Shown here one piece after another: positions 1 through 11,175 of a DNA stretch of 64,000 bases (the stretch's first letter is position 1; every line of letters begins with the position of its first letter). The translations under genes were made by a program, and so were the position numbers. The DNA is taken from the NCBI GenBank assembly GCA_964016885.1, contig OZ024758.1:30070001-30134000 (forward strand), in the 5' to 3' direction. This DNA is from Eledone cirrhosa. Lineage: Eukaryota. The notes beneath the pieces were generated by a model, which worked only from the letters and a program-made list of their open reading frames with translations, did not search any database and had not been told where the DNA came from.

Positions 1-179
1 AACCACCAACAAAAACAAAACAAACAGAACAAACAAAATCCGCCCCACCCCAAAACATAACACATACAACAAAACGTAAGCACACACAAGAACAACAAAC
101 AAACACAACACAAATAAAACAGTATACATACATTAACACAAATAACAAAGAACTAGTAAAAACAATACACAAAGACCCT

Positions 180-461
180 TTGGTGGAAACTGAAGGGCAA
201 TTCTTTGCAAGCGCGGCCAACAAACCACATTTAAAAATGATAAGACTCCCAATGGACACCTATGCAAAACTAAGAGAGAACTTTCCTGAGGACGTGGGGA
301 AAACATGTACTCGACCCTATAACCGCGTCCTCTTGAAACGTTTCCCCACCCACACCTCACCAAACACCCCCACTCCACCACAGAACAACACCCCACCAAA
401 CAACCCCTCCAATACGCCCATGGATATTGTGCAACCTGCTCCTCAGGAGCCGAACAGGTAG
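180..461 (+). CDS. Possible 3' part of ORF1 of the Tx1/L1 element (Pro/Asn/Thr-rich tail)
   Basis: The ORF stops 21 nt before the ORF2 ATG on the same strand, as expected for an ORF1-ORF2 layout. No diagnostic domain is visible. Confidence 0.35.
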   Translation: MVETEGQFFASAANKPHLKMIRLPMDTYAKLRENFPEDVGKTCTRPYNRVLLKRFPTHTSPNTPTPPQNNTPPNNPSNTPMDIVQPAPQEPNR

Positions 462-482
462 GTCCTTCCTCTTTTAACCAAC

Positions 483-3400
483 ATGGCTGATATAAGAGTT
501 GGGTGTCTGAATGTACGCGGCCTGGGACTGTCTTGGAAACAAGGCAAACTTTTAAACGATCTCAGGTCGCATAGAATGGATGTAATGGCTATTTGCGAGT
601 CCAGGATCAGCAGCGAGCACCAACTGGCGCCCCTCTTCGACGACTTTGAGATCTTCGCATCTCTCTGTCAACCGGGGGGTGGGGGTGGAGTTGTCGTTCT
701 GCTGCGAAAACACCTGGGCCTCGCCATACAGAAGGTGCACCTGGACCCGGAGGGTCGACTGGTGGATTTAGACGTCGGCAGTAGTGAAAGTGGAGCCCTT
801 AGACTAATAGCTGTGTACGCCCCTTTTTGGGCAGCACGGCCGGAATACTTCCAACGTCTGGAAACTTTCTGGGAACGTCCCGCTCCTTGCTTTTAGTGGG
901 GGACTGGAATGGTATCCTGGATGCACGTTGGGACTATGTAGGGGCATGTGCCAATAGAGGGGGGTGTAAAAGCCTCAAAAGGTTAATCGGCCGATTTGAC
1001 CTGGCCGATAGATATCGACTAGATTTTCCGACTGTACCACTATGGACGTGGACCAATCGCAGTGGAACATCTAGGTCGTACCTAGATAGGGTCCTAGTTA
1101 GAGAGAACGATAGGGACACATTTAGCTGTCCAAAAATGTTCATGGTTGACTATTCGGATCACAAGTTAGTGACCTGCATAGCCAACCTTGATAGAACCCA
1201 TAGACAGGGACCCGGTTACTGGAAGCTGAACTTGTCCTTACCGAGAAGCAAAGCTTACAGTAAACGGATTAGCACGTTAGTTAAGCAGAGTTTGACAGGG
1301 GCAATTGTCAACAACAGGTGGTGGAGCTCTCTTAAGAGAGCAATTAGAATAGAATCGATAGGTTTTAGTCAGGAATTAGCAAGGGATAGGAACAAGACGG
1401 AAAGGGAATTAGTAGATAGAGTAGAAGAGGCGATTAGGAGTGGCAATGTAGCCGGCGTGCTGGCATCAAGAATGGCCTTAGACCAGTTCTTTGAGGTGAA
1501 GCATGAAGGCTGCGTTGTCAGGAGTAAAATACGTGCTCTGGGTAATGAGGGAGCCAAAGCTGTGAGCTGGGCCCGAGTGACAGAGGCAAAAAGTGGGAAC
1601 AAGTCCACGATTCGGTCTTTGAAGGACCAGGATGGGCGTGTGATCCTTGAACCTGGGCAGATGTGTGCGGCCTTTCAGCGGCACTTTGCACGACTGTTCG
1701 AGAGGGGCGGCGCGCCGGGTGAGACTATGGATTTCAATCCATACCTCGACGGTCTGCCGCGCCTCTCGGACGCGGAGACGAAGTCCTGCGAAAGGACGAT
1801 TTCAGCTGCTGAGATAGGGGCGGCGCTGAGCCAATGCGGCAAACGCAAATCCCCGGGTCTCGATGGTCTACCATACGAGCTATATGTAGCGATGCCGGAC
1901 TTGTTCTCCGATATCCTCGAAGCGGTCTACTGCAACTGGCAGCAGAACGGGAGAATTCCCAGTTCTGTGACCAAGGGCGTAGTTACGCTGGTGAGGAAGG
2001 ATGAGAACAAGGGGGATGACATAAGTAACTTCAGGCCCATAACTCTGCTAAATACAGAGTTAAAGATTTTGGCCAAGGTGTTAGCGAAGAGGTTGGCGCT
2101 TGTTGTTGGAAACCTGGTGGGAGAAGCGCAGACATGCGCAATCCCGTCCAGGTCCATTCACGACAATCTCCACCTTATGCGATACATCATAGAGAGGGTA
2201 GGGAATGAACCCGGCTTTGGTGGGGCCCTGATCAACTTGGATCAATCTAAAGCTTTCGATAGGGTTGACCATCGTTACCTGGATGCGGTGCTCGCGGCGG
2301 CGGGCTTCGGACCCGTTTTCAGGGGTTGGATTGCTGCGATGCACAGCAGCAACGTCTGCTCAAGGGTCAAGGTGAACGGCCACCTCTCGGAGCCGTTCCA
2401 AATCATGCGATCCATCCGACAGGGATGCCCTCTCTCCTCCCTACTGTATGTGCTGGCTCTTGAGCCACTACTGCGGAAGTTGGAGCGGTTGCAGGGCATC
2501 CCTTTGGAACCGGGATTGCAGAAAGCGGCGTCGGCCTACGCCGATGACGTGACAGTAATGGTGTCGAAAACCTCGCAAATCGGTGAGATCGGCACCTTAC
2601 TGGAGGAATATGAAAGGTTTACAGGAGCCAAGCTGAACCGGGACAAGTCCGTTGGTTTGCAACTCGGAACATGGAGAGGCAAACCGATGCCCTCCAACGA
2701 CGTCGTCGGACGCTGGACGGAGGGCCCGGTGAAGCTGCTTGGGGTCTGGTTCGGACCAGACCTCCAGGTGGAGAAAAACTGGAACGAGGTAACAGCCAGG
2801 GTGTTTGCACTCACCCAGAAGTGGGCCCAGTGCAAACTATCCCTGAAAGGTCGAGCGGAGGTGGCGAATACTTATATAGCATCCGTCATCTACTACCGCT
2901 TGACCGTCGTGCCTTGCCCAGTGAAAAGACTCGCCAAAATGGAGTGCGCGCTGTTCCAATTTCTTTGGAACAAGCGGACCCCTTTGGTGAGGAGATCCAT
3001 CTGCTGTCAACACCCTTCGAAAGGAGGGCTGGGGATGCCGTGGCTACAGATGCGTAAACATGCATTAAGGCTACGGCACCTCCAGGTATTCCTCACCGGT
3101 CAACCGGTGTGGGCCCCGTTTGTGAGGCGAGCCTTTCCCAGACTCGTCTCGCTCACCGAGCTGCAATCCTGGGTCAAGCAAAGACCGAGAAAAGTGGGCG
3201 ACTGGCACACTGAATGTGCCCAGGCGCTCACGGCCCTCTGGAAAGCGGACCCGGCAACAGTGGAGACTCCACCTCGACATTCTATAGAGGGTTGGTACGC
3301 AGCAGGTGCGACGATGCTCTCGGAGAAGCTCTAGGCATGGAGGAAGATGAACTGGCCAGTCTGTTCGGTAGGACGTTTGGCCCTGGACCGATGGACAACT

Positions 3401-3918
3401 TCCAAAAGTCCCTGGCTTGGCAGTGCTACCGAGGGGCTCTACCCGTTCGAGACAAGCTCCACAGGCATGGGAGCCTGGGTAGAGATCCTTTGAATAAGAT
3501 CTGTCCGAGATGCGTGCATGATGACGAAACCGTTGCGCACGCATTCGTACACTGCCCAGGCATTGCTGACCTGTGGGGCTATGTGGAACGACTACTGTCG
3601 AGGGTGGGACCAATCCGGTTGACCATCGAGTCCATTGTCACGATCAAACCGCCTCCCCCTTTCAAAAACGAAGGAGAGGCGGTTTTTCTCTGTGTGATAG
3701 CCATGGCTAAAGAAGTTGTATGGTGGACGAGGCTGAAAGGGCTGAGGTCAGACACCTTTCTCTCCGGCCAACAACTGGTCCCCTTTTTCAAATACCATTT
3801 TAAAAGAAGGATCAGAATGGAGAGAGAGGTGCTCTACCCCAGCAAGTTTTATGAAAGGTGGGTGAAAGTAGGGAGAATGGCCAGAGTGAATGGGTCTTCT
3901 CTCTATATCAGCCTGTAG
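483..3918 (+). pseudogene. LINE ORF2 with two frameshifts (about 865 and about 3240)
   Basis: Homology switches frame at ...QRLETF / FLGTSRSLLLVGDWN and again at ...ALTAL / GDSTSTFYRGL. No in-frame stops elsewhere. Confidence 0.85.
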
Positions 3919-4141
3919 GTGAAAGAAGAGGAAAAAGAGGAGACGAGGGAAGCACCTACTCTTTGTGCTCCTGAGGAGAAGGGTTGCACATTTTTTCCGG
4001 GGTGTGTGCGACCCATGTTAATGCCCCCTCCCTATTTGTTGTTGTTATTTCGTTGTTATATTTTTGTACTCGTTAATTATATGTAAAACTTCCCCCCTTG
4101 TATCTGTCCCTACCTTTTGTGCCCTAGTGGCAAATAAAGAA
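483..4141 (+). mobile_element. Non-LTR retrotransposon, Tx1/L1 clade: ORF2 (APE endonuclease, RT, zf-RVT) plus 3' UTR
   Basis: Three overlapping ORFs (483-896, 827-3334, 3214-3918) join into one ORF2. APE motifs: CLNVRGL, AVYAP, LVGDWN, SYLDR, YSDH, GPGYWKLN. RT motifs: KSPGLDG, FRPITLLN, DQSKAFDRV, RQGCPLS, AYADD. C-terminal CPRC..ETVAHAFVHC zinc knuckle. The 3' end gtggcAAATAAAgaaa lies at about 4127-4142. Confidence 0.95.
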
Positions 4142-4144
4142 ACC

Positions 4145-4728
4145 ACTCTATATATACTATTGTATTTTCACAGTAAAGGCTTTATCTCACATAACATTTA
4201 CATTACTCTATATACTATTGTATTTTCACAGTAAAGGCTTTACATCACATAATACCTCACATAACATTTACATTACTCTATATATACTATTGTATTTTCA
4301 CAGTAAAGGCTTTATCTCACATAATTATCCCACATAATATTTAATCTATGAGATTTTGATATTATTTATTTTGATAACAATACCTTATAGTCGGTATGAG
4401 GAGCCAGTTACAACCGGTTTGAACAGAAAGAGGTGTGAGAATTCTAGCCTGATATGGCCAGTTTAAATGCTAAAGGGTTAAAAGGTCTCCAAAATTGGTT
4501 GAGAGGACGGTTTCCTTAACTCTTTACCATTTAAACTGGCCATATCTGGCCAGAATTCTCACACCTCTTTCTCTTCAAACCGGCTGTAGCTGACTACTTA
4601 TACTTATGTTAAGGTATTGTTCTCAAAACAAATAATATTAAAATCTCATAGATTTGATATGTGAGTTAAAGCCTTTACCACGAAAATATAATAGTATATA
4701 TAGAGTAATGTAAATGCTAAAGGGTTAA
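4145..4728. mobile_element. Two inverted copies of a piggyBac-like MITE; the left copy is truncated by the LINE and carries an internal ~60-bp triplication. A further partial copy lies at about 7750-7872.
   Basis: Termini TTAA-CTCTTTACCATTTA ... TAAATGCTAAAGGG-TTAA (about 4516-4728). 4330-4480 is the reverse complement of the same body. Confidence 0.6.
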
Positions 4729-5215
4729 ACCTGCCCCAAATCTTTGAAGCAAAAGTAGATTCTCTAAAAGCAACCAAGGAGCAAGAGATTTAGAACAGGA
4801 TGGCCATGGTTGTAATGCCTGTCATCATAAGTCTGCTCGAAAATGACTAGCTAGAAGCTAAACAACATTGCACTCACCTCATATCACACATATACACTCT
4901 CACACACATATGTATGTAGTTTTCTGCCATGTTGATTCATTCATCAGTTTAGTCTAGAATCTGCCAGCAACGTTGAGTCTGTGAATAATATTTGCACCTG
5001 CTAATGCAGCTGTTATCTGTTCACTGCACTAAGCATTGAAACATCCTGTTTTTATAACACTAACATATACACACTATATTCTACATACATCATATACATT
5101 GTAGTACATATACACTCACAAACTAACACTTATACTCAATGAACCACACACATAAACATATCTATACTGCTGTCCATAAGTGAGCTGAGGGTGCTTCTTT
5201 ACAGGCATTCAACCT

Positions 5216-5289
<74 letters not shown>

Positions 5290-5333
5290 AGAAAAAAAGA
5301 GAATCAGTGTTGCGACGAATGGAATTTATTGGA

Positions 5334-5425
5334 CATATTACAATCGTTTCTCTGGCGACCAGCTCGAGGCACGATCGATGTGATGATTGAACCTGACTCT
5401 GAAAATCGCAAGGTCCTCAGATACG
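5334..5425 (-). ncRNA. Type I hammerhead ribozyme motif with extended stem II
   Basis: Minus strand reads CGTAT-CTGAGGA-cctTGCGATT...GGTCGCcaga-GAAA-CGATTG-TA-ATATG. Stem I is CGTAT/ATATG, followed by AATAAA. It sits in a short unique insert between (TA)n tracts. Confidence 0.6.
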
Positions 5426-5460
5426 TCTTGATTCTACGAAGCGGATTTTCCTATATATAT

Positions 5461-5491
<31 letters not shown>

Positions 5492-5949
5492 GTAATAATA
5501 ATAAATTTGAAGACTAAAATCCAAAGATTCTTTGCTTAAACTTTAATCTGTTATTTTAATAAATATTTATATATATATATATATATACCCTTGCAAGCAG
5601 GGAAAGCAGACGTTATATGATGATGGTGTATATATATATATATATATATCCAACCATCCAATCCAGTACCTTTTCACTCCTATTGGAGGAATCCCTCCCT
5701 CATTTACCTCCACCGTTTTCTGTTTTGATTGTCACCACGCTTGGTCAACTGTGGGTTGGTGAAGCTATTTAACCCATAGCTGGGTAAACTCATTTCTCCA
5801 GCTGAGTGAACTGGAACAATGTGGAATAAAGTGTTTTGCTCAAGAACACAACGCAAAGCCTGGTCCGAGAATCGAACTCACAACCTCAGGATTGTAAGCC
5901 CGATATTCTAACCACTAATTATGCGCCTTCTCGGCCATATATATATATG

Positions 5950-6449
5950 GCCGGAGATCGCTGAAATAACATCAGTGACGTTCGTAAATTGAGGTCGGTG
6001 TGGAAGTCGGACCTTCGTAAAGACCTGAAAATCCACCTCTTCATTGCTGCAGTGGAGTCTGTGCTGCTGTATGGGTCTGAGACTTGGACACTGACCAAGA
6101 AACTCACTCAGATGGTGGATGGGTGCTACACGAGAATGCTGAAGATGGCTCTGAACATTAATCAGTATACACTGAGGATGAAAAACTCAGAGCTGTATGG
6201 GAGCCTCCCAAAAGTCAGTTCAAAAGTGACACAGAGGAGACTGAGGTTAGCTGGACATGTTCACCGACATCCAGAGTTGACACTGCACTCAGTGCTCCTT
6301 TGGGAGCCCCTACATGGACACACTAGAAGCGGAAGACCAAGGTTAACGTATGTTGATGCTCTAAGGACAGACACTGGTCTGTTGGAGACACAGGACATGG
6401 CAGCGATAATGAGGGACAGAGACCGCTGGAGAGAATTTTACCCGTCCTA
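5950..6449 (+). mobile_element. 5'-truncated RTE-like LINE fragment (RT C-terminal region); a shorter copy lies at about 27895-28110
   Basis: LFIAAVESVLLYGSETWTLT..DGCYTRMLKMALNI..RRLRLAGH..GRPRLTYVD..MRDRDRWR. Both copies run into (TA)n at the 3' end. Confidence 0.8.
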
Positions 6450-6939
6450 TATATATATAGATAGAGAGAAAATGTGAAGTTGGAAATAGCACAGAAAATA
6501 TATTTAAGGGTCTGTTTTTCTTTTTTTTATCCTTTCTTTGGTTTAGAACTTACCTCTAGCTTACAATTCCCCATCCCCTTTTGAGCTCTTGACCAGTCAT
6601 TCAACACAATCAGATGTACACACACATATTTATAGGATGTTTCCAAAAACAACTTTGTTCTGTGAAGAAACACAGCTGCTGCTATCTTCACTACCACCAA
6701 ATTTTGAGCAAGAAAGATGGGGAAAAAACTTACTCCAACACTTAATTTTAATTTAAATCTTTAATTTTTAGTTTTTAACTCCTATTAATTCTTCTTAATT
6801 TTTATTTCAATTCTCAACATTTGATAAGATGTATTATTAAAATAATACATCGAAACCAGTAATACTTTATATACTTTATATACATTATAAAACTTTTTTT
6901 AAAAAAGAATTGTCCTCTAATTTTTTCAATAATATCTTT

Positions 6940-7223
6940 TCAATAATGTCATCTCTTCAATAATGTCATCTCTTCAATAATGTCATCTCTTCAATAATGT
7001 CATCTCTTCAATAATGTCATCTCTTCAATAATGTCATCTCTTCAATAATGTCATCTCTTCAATAATGTCATCTCTTCAATAATGTCATCTCTTCAATAAT
7101 GTCATCTCTTCAATAATGTCATCTCTTCAATAATGTCATCTCTTCAATAATGTCATCTCTTCAATAATGTCATCTCTTCAATAATGTCATCTCTTCAATA
7201 ATGTCATCTCTTCAATAATGTCA
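6940..7223. repeat. 17-bp minisatellite (CAATAATGTCATCTCTT), about 16 copies
   Basis: Near-perfect tandem repetition read directly. Confidence 0.95.
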
Positions 7224-7427
7224 CTTTGACGAACCAAAGAAAGGATAAAAAAAGATAAACAGACCCTTAAATTTATTTTCCGTACTATTTCCAATCTCAC
7301 CTTTTCTCTATATCCACTGTTTTGTATACAACCTTACTTCCCTTTTCTAATATACTCTTTTACTTTTTTACCTGTCCCAGCCATCTGGCTGAGGCCATGC
7401 TGGGGCACCGGCCTTAAAAGTGCAACA

Positions 7428-7499
7428 GGTTCTGGCGAGGTTCAAACTCGTAGCCTTCTGCGTGTAAAGCAGACGTGATAAACACTGCACCACAGAGCC
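7428..7499 (-). tRNA. tRNA-Val(TAC)-like gene, probably a pseudogene
   Basis: GGCTCTG TG GTGCAGTGTTTATCAC G TCTGC TTTACAC GCAGA AGGCT ACGAG TTTGAAC CTCGC CAGAACC. The anticodon arm is perfect with TAC, and a TTTT run follows 8 nt downstream. Defects: acceptor C-A mismatch, T-stem A-C mismatch, TTC changed to TTT, D-loop GG changed to GT. Confidence 0.75.
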
Positions 7500-7501
7500 A
7501 G

Positions 7502-7578
<77 letters not shown>

Positions 7579-8559
7579 CAGACCATAACAACTCAATATC
7601 TTGAAAGGAAAAGTCACAATCCCTACAATGTAGATGACAAAGCCTCCCGTGGTTTACTTTCTATAACAATACACTATTTTGTATCAGAATATTCAATACT
7701 GGTTTGACAAAATATTTTTAGAAACACAATAATCCATTGTACATATGTCAGGGTATTGTTCTCAAAATAAATAATATCAAAATCTCATAGATTTGATATT
7801 ATGTGAGATGAAGCCTTTACCATGAAAATACAATAGTATATATATAGAGTGATGTAAATGATAAAGGGTTAATAATTCAAGCAAAACTATTGTACATATG
7901 TCACCCAATTTCAACTTTACTAGAAAGCTCTGTGATACTTTTTAGCTATAAAAATATATATATAGGCATGCTCCAGAAAATAGCAATTATTAAGATCTGT
8001 AACTATTGTTAGGATATTCTAGCAGCAATTTCTTGATTTTGAACATTTTCATGTATGGATTCCAAGATGTACTTAATTATATTTTAAAGAAAAGAGACTT
8101 GGTGTATTTTTGAGATGAAAGACAGGGGAGATATACCAGTTCAGTAAAGGATATTTACTTGTTGATCAATTTGTCACCAAGTCTCTTAGGTGGCTTATTA
8201 GTGGAGTTGTTAGAACGTTGGATAGAATACTTTATGGTATTCGTTCCGGTTCTTTGCTCTCACATTTCAAATCCCGCTGAGATCAACTTTGCCTTTCATC
8301 CTTTCGAGGTTGATTAAAAAAGTACCAGTCAAGTACTGGGGTTGATTCTTCTTCTATATTTCTTTCTCATCTCCTCTCTCTCACTTTCTATCTTTCTCTG
8401 GAAGAAATCTGCTTAAAATCCCAAGAAACGCTGAATGTCAATACAGCACCCTTACAACTCCTTCGAGAGTTACAGGACCATAAGTCATTACTACAAAAAT
8501 TTGGCATTGCTGATCAACAAAAGTTACATTATAGCAGCTTACACATAACTAGGAACTTC

Positions 8560-8900
8560 TTTTAGCTATCTCACTAAGGAGAGAGAGCATGTGTGGTGTT
8601 TGTTACTGGCACAAAACTAATGTAACTTCGTTCCTAATTAGTTGTGCTAAAACTCTGTCACTTTCTTAACTTGGTCTGTTGGTTTTATGCCTCCATAATT
8701 GCTTCTTTCTACAGTATAACCTTTTTCCTCAGTTAATGTACCGCTACACCAGTCATTAGGTACTGTGCCCTCTTCTATTACATGATTGACTATACCAGCC
8801 ACTAGCTGAGCTCCTATTTCACCATTTCAGCGATTATCTCTGATGGCCCAGCACCTTTTCCATTTTTCATCGCACCAATAGCTTTTTTTTTATTTTCTAA
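8560..8900 (-). mobile_element. Highly decayed RTE-like RT fragment
   Basis: Minus strand encodes MKNGKGAGPSEIIAEMVK (about 8870-8817), the K-x-x-G-P-x-x-I motif upstream of LINE RT. Surrounding frames are broken. Confidence 0.4.
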
Positions 8901-9039
8901 CTGTCAACTTCAATAGCCTCCATTGAGTCAACTGGGGGTTATCTTCCTTCTACTTATTCTTCACATTTATCAACCTCTCATATAACATCTCCATATACAT
9001 ATCTGTGTGTATGTATCTCTCTCTCTCTATTATATATAT

Positions 9040-9407
9040 ATTGGAGCATTGGCCTTGCAAAGGAAAGGTTGTGAGTTCAATTCTCAGACCGGGTGATGTG
9101 TTGTTTCCTTGAGCAAGACACTTTATTTCACATTGCTCCAGTCTACTCAGCTGTAGAAATGAGATGATAGGGACTGGGGTCCATATCATTCCACTGCAAA
9201 GTGGTCGTGTAGGCGCCACAGCAAAAAAGCACCCAGCACTCACTGTAAATGGGGTTGGTGTTAGGAAGGGCATCCAGCTGTAGAAATCAAGCCAGTTCCC
9301 GTGTGAGCAAGACAAGGTCAGCCGACTGGACACTGCCCACAACAGGACAACCCGTCTAACCCATGCTAGCGTGGAAGAACGGACATAAAACGGTGATGAT
9401 GATGATG
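9040..9407 (+). mobile_element. tRNA-derived SINE: head, CCTTGAGCAAGACACTT core, RTE-like tail ending in (GAT)n. A reverse copy lies at about 27340-27740.
   Basis: B-box-like GAGTTCAATTC; core ccttgagcaagacactttatttcacattgctccagt..ctcagctg (Meta/MESC-like by recall); tail acccatgctagcgtggaa..ggac..gatgatgat. Confidence 0.75.
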
Positions 9408-9429
9408 TCTAAAAGTATAAAGTTTGTCA

Positions 9430-9695
9430 TAAGCCAGAAGGCTCATTTGGCCGGTGCTTATCCCGGTTTCATGGCGTGAAGCGACTGAGAGTACAAGACT
9501 CCCCCCTGGACAGGACGCCAGTCCATCGCAGAGTTAAACCTCCAGCTAGTGCTGGTACTCATTTTCAGCTGAGTAAACTGGAGCAATGTGAAATAAAGTC
9601 TCTTGCTCAAGGAAACAACACATCACCCGGTCCGAGAATTGAACTCACAACCTTTCGATTGCAAGTCTACTGCTCTAACCACTAAGCCATGCGCC
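9430..9695 (-). mobile_element. tRNA-derived SINE with the same core but a different 3' part (relatives at about 5780-5930, 11105-14065 and 59450-59560)
   Basis: Minus strand begins GGCGCATGGCTTAGTGGTTAGAGC (A box) ... GAGTTCAATTC (B box), followed by the shared core. Confidence 0.75.
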
Positions 9696-10338
9696 TTAAC
9701 GATGATGATGATGATATATATATATATATAATATGTGTGTGTGTACACATATTTGTATGTATATATGTATGTCTCTCTCTCTCTCTATATATATATATGT
9801 GTGTGTGTGCACATATATTCTTTGTATGTATATATGTATTTCCCTATCTCTCCCTCTCTCTATATATATATGTGTGTGTGTATACGGTATATGTGCGTGT
9901 ATATCAGTCACTATGAGAAAGTGTCACCGAGACTGTGTACGTGTTAATCTGTGGGTTTGCAAATAACTTTATAAAAACTCACTTTGTGTTAGGTAAAATA
10001 TTTTTCTACATATTCGGCACCTGTGTAATCCTGGGTACACATACACATACATACACACTCACTCACACATACACACACTCACTCACACATACACATTCAC
10101 ACATACACACACTCACTCACACATACACATACTCACTCACACATACACATACTCACACATACTCACTCACACATACATATACTCACTCACACATAAATAC
10201 ATGCACTCTTTCACAGACACACACACATTCACCCTCTCTTACACACCGACACACACACACTTTCTCTCTTACACACACACTCTCTCTCTCTTACACACAC
10301 CACACACACTCACACCACTCTCTCTCACACACCACACA

Positions 10339-10418
<80 letters not shown>

Positions 10419-10560
10419 CTCTCTCACACACACACACACAAATGGTGGGTGGGGCCAAAATGAAATATAAGACATTGAAAATTAAAACAATACAAATAAG
10501 TGCCGATAAATTGTACACACACACACACAAACACACTCAGAGACAACATATCCACACAGG

Positions 10561-10740
10561 CAGGGCCGGATTAAGTATTTTTGAGGCCTTAAGCACTTGA
10601 AAGATTATGTCCCTAATGATATATAAAGTTAGCAAAAAAAAATATTTTTTGAATGACATACATTTTGAATAAATTGGTGCCCTTCTTCCCTTGATACTCT
10701 AAATATGTGCTTATTTTGCTCAATGGTTAACCCAGCCATG
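10561..10740. mobile_element. hAT-like MITE (CAGGGCCGG termini); related MITEs at about 17495-17742 and 50026-50203
   Basis: CAGGGCCGGATTAA...TTAACCCAGCCATG with near-identical 8-bp flanks cacacagg/cacaaagg. Confidence 0.55.
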
Positions 10741-11175
10741 CACAAAGGGATAAGGGACCACCGCCTCATTAAAATCCCATGACCCTAATCATCTTCTGCT
10801 CTGAGCACTGTGCAACTGGTATTTCCGCAAGAACTCGTGGACTTCTCCAGAGTCAGTGGAAGTCTCCCACGCATTCTTCTCTATGTCTGTGTCATGTTTT
10901 CCTCTCAATTCTTATTGGTATTTAGGCACAAGGCCAGGAAATTTAGGGGCAGGGCAAAGTTGATTAAATAAACTCCAGTGCTTGACTGCTACTTTAGTTA
11001 CTTGACCCTGAGTCAGTTGAACTCGACTGGATTTGAACTCAGACTCAACTGTAACGAAAAACAACAACAAAAAACAACCATAACATGTGAGATAAAGCAG
11101 TGTCCCAAAGCTGGAGGCTCATCATACTGCTGCTTATCATTGGCAGTGAGAGTAGAAGACTCCCCTTGGTCAGGT

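Noticed and set aside
9345-9400. Twister-like TAAC-containing motif in the SINE tail
   Set aside because: Required pseudoknot pairings are not found; it is better explained as an RTE-derived 3' stem-loop.
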